64,000 nt of DNA from Candidatus Ozemobacteraceae bacterium (GTDB taxonomy: Bacteria; Muiribacteriota; Ozemobacteria; Ozemobacterales; Ozemobacteraceae): contig OZ223236.1 in the NCBI GenBank assembly GCA_965140445.1, positions 4,224,001 to 4,288,000 of the forward strand, read 5' to 3'. Positions 19,333 through 28,777 of this stretch are shown here, piece after piece (position 1 is the first letter of the stretch; each line of letters starts with the position of its first letter). The notes under the pieces are model-generated. The model worked only from the letters and a program-made list of their open reading frames with translations, ran no database searches and was not told where the DNA came from. Made by a program: the position numbers and the translations under genes.

Positions 19333-21162
19333 ATGTATATCCTTGGCATTTCAGCTTTTTACCATGACTCAGCAGCTTGTCTTCTCAAAGACGGAAAGAT
19401 TGTTGCTGCAGCTCAGGAAGAACGTTTCACCAGAAAAAAACACGATCAGGAATTTCCAATTAGAGCAGTAAAATATTGCCTGGATTATGCAGCCATAGGA
19501 ATATCCGACATTGCCTCTGTAGTATTTTATGAAAAACCTTTTTTAAAGTTTGAAAGACTGGTCAAAACCTATCTTAACTTTGCTCCAAAAGGCTTTGTTT
19601 CATTCCTTGAAGCAATGCCTCAATGGCTAAAAAAGAAACTTTTTATAAAAACAGAAATTTCTGAAATATTAAAAAAAGAGTTTGGAGAATCTCCAAATAA
19701 GATTCTTTTCACCCAGCATCATCAATCTCATGCTGCCTCAGCATTTTTCCCCTCGCCTTTTGAAGAGTCCGCGATTCTTTCTCTGGATGGCGTCGGAGAA
19801 TGGGCCACAACATCTGTCTGGCATGGGAAAGGAAACAAAATTACCCCACTTTGGGAAATTAAGTTCCCCCACTCTCTTGGACTTCTGTACTCGGCCTTCA
19901 CCTATTACACAGGCTTCAAGGTTAATAGCGGTGAATACAAGATCATGGGGCTGGCTCCTTATGGGAAACCGGTTTACGTTGATAAAATCAAGGAAAACTT
20001 AATTGATATAAAACCAGATGGAACATTTCGCCTTGATCAAAGCTACTTTGACTATTGTACTGGGATTAAGATGACCAATCAGAAATTTAGTCAACTGTTT
20101 GGAGGGCCGCCAAGGAATCCTGAAGCCCCTGTAACACAAAAAGAAATGGACCTGGCGCGATCTATTCAAGAAGTCACTGAAGAAATTATTTTGAAGTTAG
20201 GAAATTCAATTTTTAAAGAAACTGGTCTTGAAAACCTCTGCATGGCAGGAGGAGTTGCTTTAAATTGCGTTGCGAACGGCAGGCTTTTGCGAGAAGGCCC
20301 TTTTAAAAACATCTGGATTCAGCCGGCGGCTGGTGATGCTGGAGGGGCTCTAGGGAGCGCTCTTTCAATCTGGCATGAACATCTGGAAAATAAAAGAATT
20401 CCGAGCCCTATGGATTCAATGCAGGGATGCTTTCTTGGACCATCCTTCTCCAATGTTGAAATAGAGGACTTTTTAAAAAAGTATAAAATTCCTTACAAAA
20501 AACTGGAACAAAAAGAATTGCTTTCCCGGACCGCTAAGAATCTTAGTGATGAGAAAGTAATTGGCTGGTTTCAGGGAAGAATGGAGTATGGTCCGCGTGC
20601 GTTAGGTGCAAGAAGTATAATTGGAGATCCCAGATCCTCAAAAATGCAATCTATCATGAATTTGAAAATTAAGTTTAGAGAGTCTTTTCGCCCTTTTGCT
20701 CCTTCGATATTAGGCGATAAAAAAACAGAATATTTTGATTTATCTGCAGATTCTCCTTACATGCTTTTAACGGCTCAGGTAAAAGGTTCAAGGTGTAAAA
20801 AGCTTGATGATCTTCAACAAAAATTAAATGGAATTGAGCTATTGAATATACCCAAATCAGATATTCCAGCAGTTACTCATGTCGATTACTCCGCCAGAGT
20901 TCAAACAGTTCATCATGAGACAAACCCGAAATACTATGATTTGATTAAAGAGTTTGAAAAGCTAACTGGCTATGGTGTAATTGTGAATACCTCTTTTAAC
21001 GTTCGTGGCGAACCAATTGTTTGTACACCAAAAGATGCTTATAAGTGTTTCATCAGGACCGAAATGGATTGCCTGGTAATAGAAGATTTCTATTTGGAGA
21101 AAAGTGAGCAGAGCCCAGAATTATTAAAGCAATTTAAGCTGGAAAGTTTTGAACTTGATTAA
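19333..21162 (+). CDS. O-carbamoyltransferase, NodU/CmcH/SxtI family
   Basis: 'ILGISAFYHDSAA', 'HHQSHAASAF', 'EYKIMGLAPYG', 'GPRALGARS', 'NTSFNVRGEPIV'. Confidence 0.95.
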   Translation: MYILGISAFYHDSAACLLKDGKIVAAAQEERFTRKKHDQEFPIRAVKYCLDYAAIGISDIASVVFYEKPFLKFERLVKTYLNFAPKGFVSFLEAMPQWLKKKLFIKTEISEILKKEFGESPNKILFTQHHQSHAASAFFPSPFEESAILSLDGVGEWATTSVWHGKGNKITPLWEIKFPHSLGLLYSAFTYYTGFKVNSGEYKIMGLAPYGKPVYVDKIKENLIDIKPDGTFRLDQSYFDYCTGIKMTNQKFSQLFGGPPRNPEAPVTQKEMDLARSIQEVTEEIILKLGNSIFKETGLENLCMAGGVALNCVANGRLLREGPFKNIWIQPAAGDAGGALGSALSIWHEHLENKRIPSPMDSMQGCFLGPSFSNVEIEDFLKKYKIPYKKLEQKELLSRTAKNLSDEKVIGWFQGRMEYGPRALGARSIIGDPRSSKMQSIMNLKIKFRESFRPFAPSILGDKKTEYFDLSADSPYMLLTAQVKGSRCKKLDDLQQKLNGIELLNIPKSDIPAVTHVDYSARVQTVHHETNPKYYDLIKEFEKLTGYGVIVNTSFNVRGEPIVCTPKDAYKCFIRTEMDCLVIEDFYLEKSEQSPELLKQFKLESFELD

Positions 21163-21164
21163 AA

Positions 21165-21563
21165 ATGAAAAACATTGAAATAGATAAAAAAATATTGCGA
21201 AATGCTGGAGTTGCTGTTGGCATAGCATTTGTCCTGATTTCTATCTGGCCTTTTTTGGTTCATAGTCTATCTATAAGATACTGGGCAGCAATTGTCGCCG
21301 GTGTTTTATTTTTTTTCGCTCTCTTGGCTCCACAATTTATATATTGGCCTTATCGACTTTGGATGGCATTTGGAGCAATACTTGGGTGGGTAAACACAAG
21401 AGTTATTTTATCTCTACTATACTTTCTAGTCATAACCCCTACGGGAATAATAAGAAAACTCTTTACCACAGATACAGTAAATGCCAGAATTGATAAATCA
21501 TTGTCAACTTACAAAGAAAATATGGAAAAAGAAGAGATTTCTAACCCAAAAGAGCAATTCTAA
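21165..21563 (+). CDS. SxtJ-family membrane protein
   Basis: TM helices with 'WMAFGAILGWVNTRVIL..LYFLVITP.G'; follows the carbamoyltransferase. Confidence 0.85.
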   Translation: MKNIEIDKKILRNAGVAVGIAFVLISIWPFLVHSLSIRYWAAIVAGVLFFFALLAPQFIYWPYRLWMAFGAILGWVNTRVILSLLYFLVITPTGIIRKLFTTDTVNARIDKSLSTYKENMEKEEISNPKEQF

Positions 21564-21754
21564 TGGACAATAAACAAGATAAAAAAGAAGAATCAAATTC
21601 ACGAATAGCAGTTTTTTCTGAGCTAATCAGCTTTTTATGGAAGAAAAAACAGTGGTGGCTAATACCAATTGTTGTAGCTTTAGTCATTTTAGGAATACTA
21701 ATAGGCTTTGCACAAAATTCAGCAATCGGGCCTCTTATGTATACTATCTTCTAA
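21563..21754 (+). CDS. DUF5989 (SxtK-like) small membrane protein
   Basis: 'FLWKKKQWWLIPIV...IGPLMYTIF' signature. Confidence 0.85.
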   Translation: MDNKQDKKEESNSRIAVFSELISFLWKKKQWWLIPIVVALVILGILIGFAQNSAIGPLMYTIF

Positions 21755-24171
21755 TGGAATCAATCAGCTTAAAATCAGTTATTAAATTTCTTGCCAAGCT
21801 ATTTCTTATTATTGTTATTTTGCCAATTGCCCTGCTCGCAATAGCGGAATCCTGCTTAAGAATAATTGGTGTTGGCTTTCCGAACGAGTTATTTATTAAA
21901 GAAAAGATTGGCAATAGAGAAGTTTATCGCGCCAACTTCCGGGCAGGATTCAAGTTTTTCCCAGCTCAACTGGCAAGAAAGCCACTTCCAGAAATCTTCG
22001 ATGTAAAAAAGGCCTCCTCCACATTTAGAATTTTTATTTTAGGAGAATCAGCTGCAAGGGGCGAACAACTTGCAGACTTTTCATTTGGAAGAATTCTGGA
22101 AACCGTTTTAAACAAAGCTCTTACCAACAAAAAAATTGAAGTAATAAATACTGGAATACCGGCAATAAATAGCTGGGTTATCAATGAATTCAGCAAAGAA
22201 ATCATGAATCTTGAGCCTGATTTGCTCATATTCTATGGTGGACACAACGAGTTTGTAGGGCCGTACGGACCCGCAAGCGCATTTAACAGAAATTCCACCC
22301 GGCTTTCTACAAAAATTGGAATAATGGCTTCGAACTTAAAGCTGGTGCAATGGTTAAAATCATTGTTAAGCGACAGAGTTTCAGTAAAGTCCTGGAAAGG
22401 GCTTGAAATGTTTATAAACAATTCAATTGAACCCATGGATCCTGTTATTAAGATGTGTGCAGAGAATTATAAACAAAATATGTCTGAAATTTTTAAAAGA
22501 GCCCAAAAAAACAAAGTCCCAGTGATTTCCTGCCTGACCCCATCCAAATTTTTAGATTGGCCACCATTTATTTCAAAGAAAACAGAATTTGACGACAGTT
22601 TGATAAAAACGCTTCTGGAAAAATGGGAAGAATGTAGTAAAAGCAATGATTACTCCACTCTTTTAAAAGAACTGGAAAATCTTAATGCCAGAAATCCATA
22701 TCGCGCCGACATTAATTATCTTTACGGTCTTTGTCTATTAAAATTCAACAAAGTAGTTGAAGCTAAAACGAATTTATTCAAAGCAAGAGACAACGACTGT
22801 TTTAAAGTCAGAGCAGATTCAACCCTTAACGCCGCGCTAAAAAGCGCATCTGAAGATTCAGAAGTTGTGCTTCTGGATTTAGTTTCGGAATTTGATAAAC
22901 CAAATGAAAATTCTATAAACAGCCTTAGCCTATTTTATGATCACGTTCATTTAAATGAACATGGGCATTATCTGGTAGCAAAAAACATTTATTCGAAAAT
23001 AAAAGAAACTAACCTGCTCCCAATTAACAGTTTTGATTTTCCTGGTGAAGCTCAAGTGCTGAAAGATATTGGATTTACAGACTTTGACCAGAAGCTTAAT
23101 CTTCAATATGTAGCAAAAAGCCTGGAATCCCCTCCTTTTACTTTGCAAATCTGGCACCAAAAAGACTTAGGTCGTCGTAAAATTTCTCTGAACTGGTATA
23201 AGCAAAACACTTCTCTTCCAGATTGTATGAAAGATGCTACTGATGCGCTTAATAAAAATCCTTCGGACTATAGAATTTCCTCTCGTCTGGGTCTGATGTA
23301 TCAAGAAGCAGGATTGCTCGATGAAGCATTGATTTATATGAATAAGTCATTTGAATTAAACCCATTCAATATAGATCTGATAAACAACAGGGGCATATTG
23401 CTTTACAGTTCTGGCCGGTTTGATGAAGCAATTAAAGATTTCAAACATTCCCTAAAGGTAGCTCCAAACTTTGCAAAGGCTTGGTTTAATCTTGGATTGG
23501 TTTACACAAAGAAAAAGGATATGGCCAATGCAGAAAAATGCTACAGAAGTGCCATAGAAATTGAAAGCAACTATTATTCAGCTTACAACAACCTCGGTAA
23601 TCTTCTGGTTTCTCAAAAAAAATACAATGAAGCTATTTCTGTTTTTGAAAACCTTGTTAAACTTAATCCAAATATGCCACAGGCATTAAACGGGCTTGCG
23701 GCATGTCTGGGTTATGTAGGAAAAAATAGCAAGGCAATTGAACTTCTCCAAAACGCTCTTAAAAATACTCCCACAAACACAGAAATTAAGTTTAATCTGG
23801 CCAGAACCCATGAAAAAGAGGGAAATCTTTCCATGGCACTTAAAATCTATGATGAAATTTTAGAAATTGACCAAAATTATCTTCCGGCTGTAAAAAGCTT
23901 GATAAGATTGATTTTGAACAATAGTTCTATATGCGAAAACTCGCCGGTCAGATTAATTGAGTTAGCTGAAAAAGCGTGTAAATTAACCTCTTTTAAAGAC
24001 ATTTACTTTTTACAAGTCTTATCTTCAGCTTACGCGCAAGAGGGTAAAATAAATGAAGCAATCTCTGTAACAAGCACAGCAATAGAACTTGCTGAAAGAA
24101 CAGGGAACAACCAAGCCGCTAAAGACCTTAAAGATAATATTCAATTGCTCCAATCTCAGTTCAAACACTGA
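21754..24171 (+). CDS. SGNH/GDSL hydrolase-like domain fused to TPR repeats, membrane anchored
   Basis: 'FILGES', 'GGHNE', 'DHVH' SGNH blocks and many TPR repeats; start placed at the TAATG overlap. Confidence 0.82.
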   Translation: MESISLKSVIKFLAKLFLIIVILPIALLAIAESCLRIIGVGFPNELFIKEKIGNREVYRANFRAGFKFFPAQLARKPLPEIFDVKKASSTFRIFILGESAARGEQLADFSFGRILETVLNKALTNKKIEVINTGIPAINSWVINEFSKEIMNLEPDLLIFYGGHNEFVGPYGPASAFNRNSTRLSTKIGIMASNLKLVQWLKSLLSDRVSVKSWKGLEMFINNSIEPMDPVIKMCAENYKQNMSEIFKRAQKNKVPVISCLTPSKFLDWPPFISKKTEFDDSLIKTLLEKWEECSKSNDYSTLLKELENLNARNPYRADINYLYGLCLLKFNKVVEAKTNLFKARDNDCFKVRADSTLNAALKSASEDSEVVLLDLVSEFDKPNENSINSLSLFYDHVHLNEHGHYLVAKNIYSKIKETNLLPINSFDFPGEAQVLKDIGFTDFDQKLNLQYVAKSLESPPFTLQIWHQKDLGRRKISLNWYKQNTSLPDCMKDATDALNKNPSDYRISSRLGLMYQEAGLLDEALIYMNKSFELNPFNIDLINNRGILLYSSGRFDEAIKDFKHSLKVAPNFAKAWFNLGLVYTKKKDMANAEKCYRSAIEIESNYYSAYNNLGNLLVSQKKYNEAISVFENLVKLNPNMPQALNGLAACLGYVGKNSKAIELLQNALKNTPTNTEIKFNLARTHEKEGNLSMALKIYDEILEIDQNYLPAVKSLIRLILNNSSICENSPVRLIELAEKACKLTSFKDIYFLQVLSSAYAQEGKINEAISVTSTAIELAERTGNNQAAKDLKDNIQLLQSQFKH

Positions 24172-24179
24172 TTTAAAAC

Positions 24180-24207
24180 TAAATAATTCTGAAAAAATTG
24201 CCGATAG
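24180..24207 (+). promoter_or_regulatory. Putative sigma-28 promoter upstream of flgI (TAAA-N16-GCCGATAG)
   Basis: Close match to the FliA/SigD consensus, intergenic, before a flagellar gene. Confidence 0.55.
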
Positions 24208-24262
24208 TTTAACTAGAGCCTGATCAGAAAAATAAGGCATCCCTTCAGGAGCAATATAAAAC

Positions 24263-25372
24263 ATGGAAGTAAACAAAACCGAACGCAAAGTCAATTTTAA
24301 GCATTCTCTTGCGCTTTTAATTCTCGCTGTATTTTCTCTTTTCATTAATGAGCCAGCCTTTCCACAGGCAATGGTAAGAATAAAAGACATCGCAAGGTTT
24401 AGCGGAGATAGAGAGTATCAATTGATTGGTTACGGTTTGGTAACCGGCCTTGATGGCACTGGCGATAAAAGTCAGATGAGTATAGAAATGATCAGGGGTA
24501 TGCTCCAGAATATGGGAATGGAGCTCTCCGCAAAACAAATCCAAACAAAAAACTGTGCTGCTGTTGTCGTCACAGGAATGCTTCCATCTTATGGTAGAGC
24601 AGGAGAAACTTTTGGCATTACCGTTAGCTCCATCGGCGATGCAAAAAGCTTGCAGGGCGGAGTTCTTTTGCCAACTTTGATGAAAGGCGGCGATGGAAAA
24701 GTTTATGCAGTTTCTCAGGGCCAAATTTCAATAGGCGGATTTGAAGAAAACCGAGCTGGTGGCGGTGGTGCACAAAGAAGTGGACAGAAAAACCACTTAA
24801 CCGTTGCCCATATCCCAGGTGGCGCAATTATGGAACGCGGGGTTCAGGATCAGTTTGCCAGCCGTGGAAAGTTTAATATTTTAATTCAGCGCAAGGATTC
24901 CGCTATTACAAGAAAAGTTAAAGAAGCAATTGACAGACGCTATGGCATGGGATGGGCAAACATTGTTAACCCAGGTAATATTGAACTAAAAGTTCCGTCA
25001 AGCATGATGGATGATCCTGTCAGTTTTGCCGCCAACATTGAAAATTTAACTCTATCAATTGAAGAGCCAAACCGTGTTGTTATAAATGAAAGAACCGGAA
25101 CAGTAATTGTTGGAAATAGCATAAGAATAAGTAAAGTTCTTATTTCTCATAATGGAATTAGGATAGAAGTGGGTAACGATCAAGCTCAACAACAGCCTGG
25201 TGTGAGAAAAGCTGCCAAGCAGGGAAGCATAATAGAGGTTCAGGGAGAAACAACAGTAGATGATATGGTTGAAGCCTTAAATGCCGTTGGAGCAACCCCC
25301 AAAGACCTCATAGCGATTTTTCAGGCAATTAATGCAGTAGGTGCCCTTCACGGAGAGCTAAAAATCATGTAG
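24263..25372 (+). CDS. flgI: Flagellar P-ring protein FlgI
   Basis: 'RIKDIA', 'LIGYGLVTGLDGTGD', 'SSIGDAKSLQGG.LL.T', 'VVINERTGTVIVG'. Confidence 0.96.
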   Translation: MEVNKTERKVNFKHSLALLILAVFSLFINEPAFPQAMVRIKDIARFSGDREYQLIGYGLVTGLDGTGDKSQMSIEMIRGMLQNMGMELSAKQIQTKNCAAVVVTGMLPSYGRAGETFGITVSSIGDAKSLQGGVLLPTLMKGGDGKVYAVSQGQISIGGFEENRAGGGGAQRSGQKNHLTVAHIPGGAIMERGVQDQFASRGKFNILIQRKDSAITRKVKEAIDRRYGMGWANIVNPGNIELKVPSSMMDDPVSFAANIENLTLSIEEPNRVVINERTGTVIVGNSIRISKVLISHNGIRIEVGNDQAQQQPGVRKAAKQGSIIEVQGETTVDDMVEALNAVGATPKDLIAIFQAINAVGALHGELKIM

Positions 25373-25501
25373 AATCTTTCAGTAGAGTAAATTTCCAGAT
25401 TTGCTTGATATTTGATTATGGTGTATGGTATGTAAATGGGACAGGTTGATGTTTTTTTTACATGCCTACGACCAAAATTCCTCAGCGAGGTACCCCAAAA
25501 C

Positions 25502-26350
25502 ATGGTTTCATCAATTTCTATAGAAGAGAGAGATCTTGCAAATCAGCACTTAGACCGTTGTATTTCTTTTGCTATGTGCGGCAAATTAGACCAGGCAATT
25601 AAAGAAGCTGAGAAAGCTATTGAGTTGGATCCAGATTTTTCGCAAGCTTACAACAAGCTTGGTGACTTTTACATGAAAAAAGGCTGGATTCAAAAAGCTG
25701 CCGATGTTTTTCGCAAAGCAATTGAACTAGACCCAACCAGTGAAAATTCCCATTTTGATTTAGGCTGCGCCCTTGCTCATTTGGGAGATTTTTCCAATGC
25801 ACTGGAATACCTTAAAAAATCCTTAGAACTCAATCCTGCTCATTACGAAGTTTATGGCCACTTAGGTCAGATATTCATGGCTATGAATCAGCTTCCAGAA
25901 GCTATTGATGCTTTTAAGAAAGCCTTAATGGATGATTCCGATAATTTAATGGCCACCTTTAATCTTGCCATAGCATTGATTAGCGTTGGAAAAGATACTG
26001 AAGCAAAAAATCATTTCAATAAAGTTATTGCCAGATATAAGCAATTAGTTGGCTTTAAAGAAAGATTTGCAGAAGGTTACTATTATATTGGCTTATCAAA
26101 TTTCTATATGGGTAATCTTGATGATGCAATTAAAAACTTGCAGAAGGCTGTAGAATTTGACACAGAAGAAGTTGATTATCACTACAGTTTTGGCATGCTA
26201 TATAGCGATGCTGATGCATTTTATTCTCTAGCCGAAGCTCAGATTGCAGCAAACAATTCAACAGAAGCCCGCGAAAATCTAAAACAGGCCTTAGCACTTG
26301 AACCAGACAATCAAAAGTTTCTATCTTTAAAATCAAAGGTTGGAATGTAA
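25502..26350 (+). CDS. TPR repeat protein
   Basis: Tandem TPR motifs; start after GAGGT (alternative start 25436). Confidence 0.85.
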   Translation: MVSSISIEERDLANQHLDRCISFAMCGKLDQAIKEAEKAIELDPDFSQAYNKLGDFYMKKGWIQKAADVFRKAIELDPTSENSHFDLGCALAHLGDFSNALEYLKKSLELNPAHYEVYGHLGQIFMAMNQLPEAIDAFKKALMDDSDNLMATFNLAIALISVGKDTEAKNHFNKVIARYKQLVGFKERFAEGYYYIGLSNFYMGNLDDAIKNLQKAVEFDTEEVDYHYSFGMLYSDADAFYSLAEAQIAANNSTEARENLKQALALEPDNQKFLSLKSKVGM

Positions 26351-26690
26351 TTTGGCCGGATTCTCCGTCAACTCATCATTTGTAAACATACCCAGGCCCG
26401 TTAAGGGCCTGGATAAAAACCTCGAAACAGTTTCTGAAGACAAGAAAAAAGAATTGGGCAAGCTGAAAAAAGCATGTAGTGATTTTGAATCAATTTTCAT
26501 GAACCAGATGCTCAAAGAAATGAAAAAAACAGTCAACAAAACCGGGTTAATTCATGGTGGCCAAGCTGAAGATATTTTTTCAGACATGTTGGATCAAGAA
26601 AGATCAAAAGACATGGCAATAGGCTTGGGCGACATATTGTTTAACCAGCTATCTAAGGCTATTGTTCCTAATAAGAAACCAGGCCTTTAA
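26340..26690 (+). CDS. FlgJ-like rod-binding protein without muramidase domain
   Basis: 'LKKACSDFESIFMNQMLKEMKKTV...EDIFSDMLD...LGDILFNQL'. Confidence 0.85.
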   Translation: MECNLAGFSVNSSFVNIPRPVKGLDKNLETVSEDKKKELGKLKKACSDFESIFMNQMLKEMKKTVNKTGLIHGGQAEDIFSDMLDQERSKDMAIGLGDILFNQLSKAIVPNKKPGL

Positions 26691-26744
26691 AAAATAGTAA
26701 AACTCAAATCAATTTTCACGGAAAGCCGCGAAAGGAAAGCAATT

Positions 26745-28028
26745 GTGGACGAAACTTCCCTAAACTATCTTAAACTATGTCTGGAACCAATTAAGAACCT
26801 TAAATCTCTTGCTAAAAGCATGAAATTAGAAGGCACAGAGAAACTAGGTAAACTTAATCTAATCAGAGCGATAATGACTGAGCACCTTGGCCAGCAGGGT
26901 CTGGGCTATGCAGAAGGCGTTCTCGATATTTTACCTGATGGTTATGGTTTTTTAAGAACCAGAAGTTTTGTTCAAAATGATGATGACGTATATGTTTCTC
27001 CTTCTCAATTAAAAAGATGGGGACTGATGTCCGGGGACACTATTGTTGCACAGGTTAGACTTCCCAAAGACGATGAGAGCTATCATTCACTTTTAAACAT
27101 TGAAGCCGTTAACGGCGTTAGCCTTGACCGCTTGAAAAACAGAAAAAGTTTCGAAGATGGTATCCCTGTATTTCCAACAGATAGATTTAAGCTGGAAACA
27201 GGTGAAGATGATTCTTCGACCCGAGTTTTTGACCTGGTATGTCCAATAGGAAAAGGTCAGCGCGGTTTAATCGTTGCTCCACCAAAAGCAGGGAAAACCA
27301 CCCTTTTAAAGCAGTTGGCAAACTCAATTTCAGCAAACCACCCAGAAGTTTTAATGCTTATTCTGCTAATTGATGAGCGACCAGAGGAAGTTACAGACAT
27401 GCGAAGATCTGTTGACGCAGAAGTTGTAGCTTCAACTTTTGATGAGCACATCAGCCATCACATAAAAGTTTCCGAACTACTTCTCGAAAAAGCAAAGCGC
27501 CATGCAGAATTAGGTAGAGACGTTGTTATTTTGTTGGATTCTATAACAAGACTTGCACGAGCATATAACATTTCAATGCCATCTGCTGGTCAAACCTTAT
27601 CTGGTGGAGTTAATCCATTCGCTTTGCACAAACCCAAAAGATTTCTCGGTGCAGCAAGAAAAATTGAACACGGCGGAAGCCTGACTGTTATAGCCACAGC
27701 CCTTATTGACACAGGTTCTAAGATGGATGAAGTCATCTTTGAAGAATTCAAAGGAACCGGCAATATGGAATTACACCTTGACAGAAAGCTATTCAATAAG
27801 AGAATATTCCCTTGTATTGATGTTAAAATGTCTGGAACTCGTAAAGAAGAACTTCTTATGGATCCTGAAGATCTCAAGAAAGTTATTATTCTTCGAAGAG
27901 CATTTGAAGATAAGAACCCGCAAGAAGTTGTTGAAATGCTGGTTAAGGGCATCTCTAACACAAAAAATAATAGAGAATTTCTAGATTTAATTAATCCTAA
28001 CTATAAGAGCTCAGGCAAAGCAGATTAA
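26745..28028 (+). CDS. rho: Transcription termination factor Rho
   Basis: 'DGYGFLR', 'GKGQRGLIVAPPKAGKT', 'LIDERPEEVTD', 'EEFKGTGNME'. Confidence 0.97.
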   Translation: MDETSLNYLKLCLEPIKNLKSLAKSMKLEGTEKLGKLNLIRAIMTEHLGQQGLGYAEGVLDILPDGYGFLRTRSFVQNDDDVYVSPSQLKRWGLMSGDTIVAQVRLPKDDESYHSLLNIEAVNGVSLDRLKNRKSFEDGIPVFPTDRFKLETGEDDSSTRVFDLVCPIGKGQRGLIVAPPKAGKTTLLKQLANSISANHPEVLMLILLIDERPEEVTDMRRSVDAEVVASTFDEHISHHIKVSELLLEKAKRHAELGRDVVILLDSITRLARAYNISMPSAGQTLSGGVNPFALHKPKRFLGAARKIEHGGSLTVIATALIDTGSKMDEVIFEEFKGTGNMELHLDRKLFNKRIFPCIDVKMSGTRKEELLMDPEDLKKVIILRRAFEDKNPQEVVEMLVKGISNTKNNREFLDLINPNYKSSGKAD

Positions 28029-28702
28029 TGAAAAGCTTTTCAAATGGCATTAGGGCGCTGCTAGTGATAGCTGCAATTTTATTTTTGCAGCTGTCGGTTC
28101 CTTTGCCAGCCACACAAAGCTTTTCTATATCTTCTGAATTTTCCTATGCTGAAAAAGCAGATTGTCAATCCTTCTGGACCTGCAGCAAAAATTTGCTGGC
28201 AAATGTTTCAGACAAGATAAGCTCTAACCCTCTACTGAACAAGATTAAAGCCCACAACTTCAGTGAACCTAAGACTTATAAAATTGTTAGCATTGCAACT
28301 CGCAAAACAGATTCCAAGCTGGAGTGGCCCGTTATAGGAAAAATATCTTCTGGATATGGGATGAGACTACACCCTGTAACCAGGAGAAGATCTTTTCATA
28401 ATGGAATTGACATCAAAGCTAGACGCGGAACCAGCGTCGTTGCACCAATGGACGGCGTTGTAATTGCAGCAGGTAGAGCCGGACTTCTTGGAAGATTAGT
28501 TAAAATTCAAACCAGAAATGGCATGATAATGTATTTTGCACACTTAACCAGATACAAATGTCGACGTGGACAACGGGTTAAAAAAGGACAATTGATCGGA
28601 ACTGTTGGATCTTCAGGAAGAGCAACTGGCCCACATCTGCACTTTTCAGTTAAGCAAAATTCTAAATATCTGAACCCATTAAAAGTTTTAAAGGGTAGAT
28701 AA
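28028..28702 (+). CDS. M23-family metallopeptidase, secreted
   Basis: 'HNGID' and 'TGPHLHF' motifs; signal peptide. Confidence 0.92.
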   Translation: MKSFSNGIRALLVIAAILFLQLSVPLPATQSFSISSEFSYAEKADCQSFWTCSKNLLANVSDKISSNPLLNKIKAHNFSEPKTYKIVSIATRKTDSKLEWPVIGKISSGYGMRLHPVTRRRSFHNGIDIKARRGTSVVAPMDGVVIAAGRAGLLGRLVKIQTRNGMIMYFAHLTRYKCRRGQRVKKGQLIGTVGSSGRATGPHLHFSVKQNSKYLNPLKVLKGR

Positions 28703-28709
28703 TCTTCTC

Positions 28710-28737
28710 TCATATCTCCAGACAAAAATGCCGATAT
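28710..28737 (+). promoter_or_regulatory. Putative sigma-28-like promoter (TCAT-N16-GCCGATAT)
   Basis: Intergenic GCCGATAT ~48 bp upstream of the TPR/FlgT-like gene. Confidence 0.4.
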
Positions 28738-28777
28738 TAAGGTCGATTATACCTTAAAAGTTTCTGGAGCCATGTAA

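Noticed and set aside
21637..21753. Long upstream starts in the ORF track (also 2194, 3095, 44152, 51015, 52466)
   Set aside because: They overlap upstream genes or promoters; downstream ATGs with RBS or stop-start coupling fit better
19333..21754. Saxitoxin biosynthesis cluster (sxtI/J/K-like genes)
   Set aside because: No sxtA, sxtG or other core genes in the window; this trio is widespread outside toxin producers
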